The position numbers were made by a program, and so were the translations under genes. From an uncultured Thermoleophilia bacterium (GTDB taxonomy: Bacteria > Actinomycetota > Thermoleophilia > UBA2241): DNA of 64,000 bases. The DNA lies in assembly GCA_963762125.1 (NCBI GenBank), contig CAVXJO010000007.1, positions 167,950-231,949 of the forward strand, in the 5' to 3' direction. Under the pieces are notes generated by a model, which saw only the letters and a program-made list of their open reading frames with translations, was not told where the DNA came from and ran no database searches. Shown here piece after piece: positions 62,582-64,000 of this stretch (within the stretch, counting starts at the first letter, position 1; every line of letters starts with the position of its first letter).

Positions 62582-63694
62582 CTAAGCCCCCGGCAGACGC
62601 GCCTCGCGCCCAGCTCGCCGCAAGGCGCCGACCAGGCGGTCCAGCGGCAGCTCGTACGCCATGTTGCCGCCGCGGCCGATCGTGGTGGTCGCGGCGGTGA
62701 GCGCGTTGCAGACGCTCTCCGCTGTGGCGTCGACCGCCGCCTCGAAGAGCTCCGTCATGCGGTCATTGGAGACGCTGGTGAGGACGAGCGGCTCGTCCGC
62801 TTGTCGCGGCACCCGATAGGCGGTGGAGAAGGCGAGCATGATCTCGCCGCTGCCGTCCGAAGCGTAGGAGCCGGTCGCAGCCAAGCCAAGCGCACAGCGC
62901 TTGGCCATGCGCTCGCACTGCCGCGCACTGAGCGGCGCGTCGGTCGCAAGAACGACGATGCAGGAGCCCTCGCGGTTCTCCAGCGGCATGAGGTCGGTGA
63001 TCTCCCGGCCCACCGGCACGCCGTCGACGCTGAGGCGGTGACGCACGCCGAAGTTGGTCAGCGCCAGCACGCCGACGGTCCAGGAGCGCCCATGGGCGGA
63101 GACGAGCCGAGATGAGGTACCGATGCCGGCCTTGAAGTCGAAGCACGTCATACCGGTACCGGCGCCGACGCATCCTTCAGCCACCGGCCCGTCGGAGGCG
63201 CCGTCGAGTGCGGCGCGCACGTGCTCATCCTTGACGTGCATGCCGCGCAGGTCGTTGAGGAACCCGTCGTCGCACTCGCCGACGACCGGCATGACCGCGT
63301 CCTCGACGCCGGCGAGCGGCTCGCGCTCCATGAGCCAGCGCACCGCGGCGTCGTAGACGGCGCCGGCGCTCTGCGAGTTGGTGAGCAGGACCGGCGTCTC
63401 CAGCAGGCCCCACTCGCGCACGGCGCTGATGCCGATGAGTTCGCCGACGCCGTTGGCCGCATACGCGCCGCCCACGACGCGCTGGTGCCAGAGGTCGTCT
63501 CCGTGCGGAAGGATCGCGGTGACGCCCGTGCGGGCGGGCCCGCTGCCGCACGGCAGCTCGGGCCCGCCCCACGAGACGGTGCAGTGGCCGACGCGCACAC
63601 CCGGCACATCGGTGATCGCATTGAGCGGTCCGGCCGGCAGCCTGCCGACGGCGACACCGAGGTCGCGCAGGCGGCAGCGCTCCGGCGCCGTCAC
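62582..63694 (-). CDS. P1/S58-family self-processing aminopeptidase (DmpA-like; L-aminopeptidase/D-Ala-esterase-amidase family)
   Basis: 370 aa. DmpA/OAT Ntn fold with a Gly-Ser processing region (…GAGTGMTCFDFKAGIGTSS…). Confidence 0.75.
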   Translation of the reverse strand: MTAPERCRLRDLGVAVGRLPAGPLNAITDVPGVRVGHCTVSWGGPELPCGSGPARTGVTAILPHGDDLWHQRVVGGAYAANGVGELIGISAVREWGLLETPVLLTNSQSAGAVYDAAVRWLMEREPLAGVEDAVMPVVGECDDGFLNDLRGMHVKDEHVRAALDGASDGPVAEGCVGAGTGMTCFDFKAGIGTSSRLVSAHGRSWTVGVLALTNFGVRHRLSVDGVPVGREITDLMPLENREGSCIVVLATDAPLSARQCERMAKRCALGLAATGSYASDGSGEIMLAFSTAYRVPRQADEPLVLTSVSNDRMTELFEAAVDATAESVCNALTAATTTIGRGGNMAYELPLDRLVGALRRAGREARLPGA

Positions 63695-63698
63695 GCGG

Positions 63699-64000
63699 TT
63701 ACTCCAGCATGCCGGCGCGGTGAGCCGTGAGGTAGCCGCCGCAGAAGTTGTCTTCGCCGCGCAACGCCTCGATGGCCTTGATCGTGGCTATCATCTGCTT
63801 GTTGCGCACGTCGAGGACGGCCCCATCGATGCCCAGGCCCGCGCACATCGCGACGAAAGTGCGGTTGAGCAGCGGACGATTCGGCAGACCGAAGCTCACG
63901 TTACTGAGGCCGCCGGTGGTGCGTACGGGAAGCTGCTCCTTGACCATCTTGAGGGTCTGCATGGTGACTGCGGCAGCCTGACCGTCGGCGGACACCGAGA
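63699..64000 (-). CDS. 3' portion of a pterin-binding methyltransferase (MtrH / methylcobalamin:THF methyltransferase MtgA-like); continues beyond the window
   Basis: The C-terminal peptide …LKMVKEQLPVRTTGGLSNVSFGLPNRPLLNRTFVAMCAGLGIDGAVLDVRN… matches the pterin-binding TIM barrel of MtrH/AcsE/MetH-type methyltransferases. Confidence 0.65.
   Translation of the reverse strand, partial: SVSADGQAAAVTMQTLKMVKEQLPVRTTGGLSNVSFGLPNRPLLNRTFVAMCAGLGIDGAVLDVRNKQMIATIKAIEALRGEDNFCGGYLTAHRAGMLE

Overview
High-GC (about 70%) window with a conserved central block whose gene order matches Actinobacteria: tatA, ispF, ispD, yacL-like, carD, radA, clpC, then an MMPL transporter, then lysS, greA, dus, coaX, nadC, nadB, folK, folB, folP, folE, ftsH, hpt, tilS, aqpZ and an initiator tRNA-fMet. 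Two accessory regions flank this block. The left arm (1-18.4 kb) carries a Liv-type ABC importer, an IclR regulator, and two diverged paralogous two-subunit molybdoenzyme operons of the pyrogallol-phloroglucinol transhydroxylase family. Each operon has a large Mo-bis-MGD subunit with no N-terminal Fe-S motif and a 3x[4Fe-4S] small subunit ending in a beta-barrel tail. They bracket a molybdenum cofactor/molybdate island (a mobA-mobB fusion, modABC, a second mobB). Both molybdoenzyme operons are interrupted by many single-base frameshifts, far more than the rest of the window. The right arm (44.5-64 kb) carries an aldehyde:ferredoxin oxidoreductase (AOR) next to alanine dehydrogenase. It also holds a cytoplasmic class-A beta-lactamase-fold protein with an SDR. 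The rest of the right arm is a PucR-regulated catabolic island: D-aminoacylase, a C45 (acyl-CoA:6-APA acyltransferase-family) peptidase, a non-pyrrolysine MttB-family methyltransferase, a five-gene peptide-type ABC importer, a DmpA/S58 aminopeptidase and the 3' end of a pterin-binding (MtrH/MtgA-like) methyltransferase. Most long ORFs on the opposite strand of real genes are GC-skew artefacts and were ignored.
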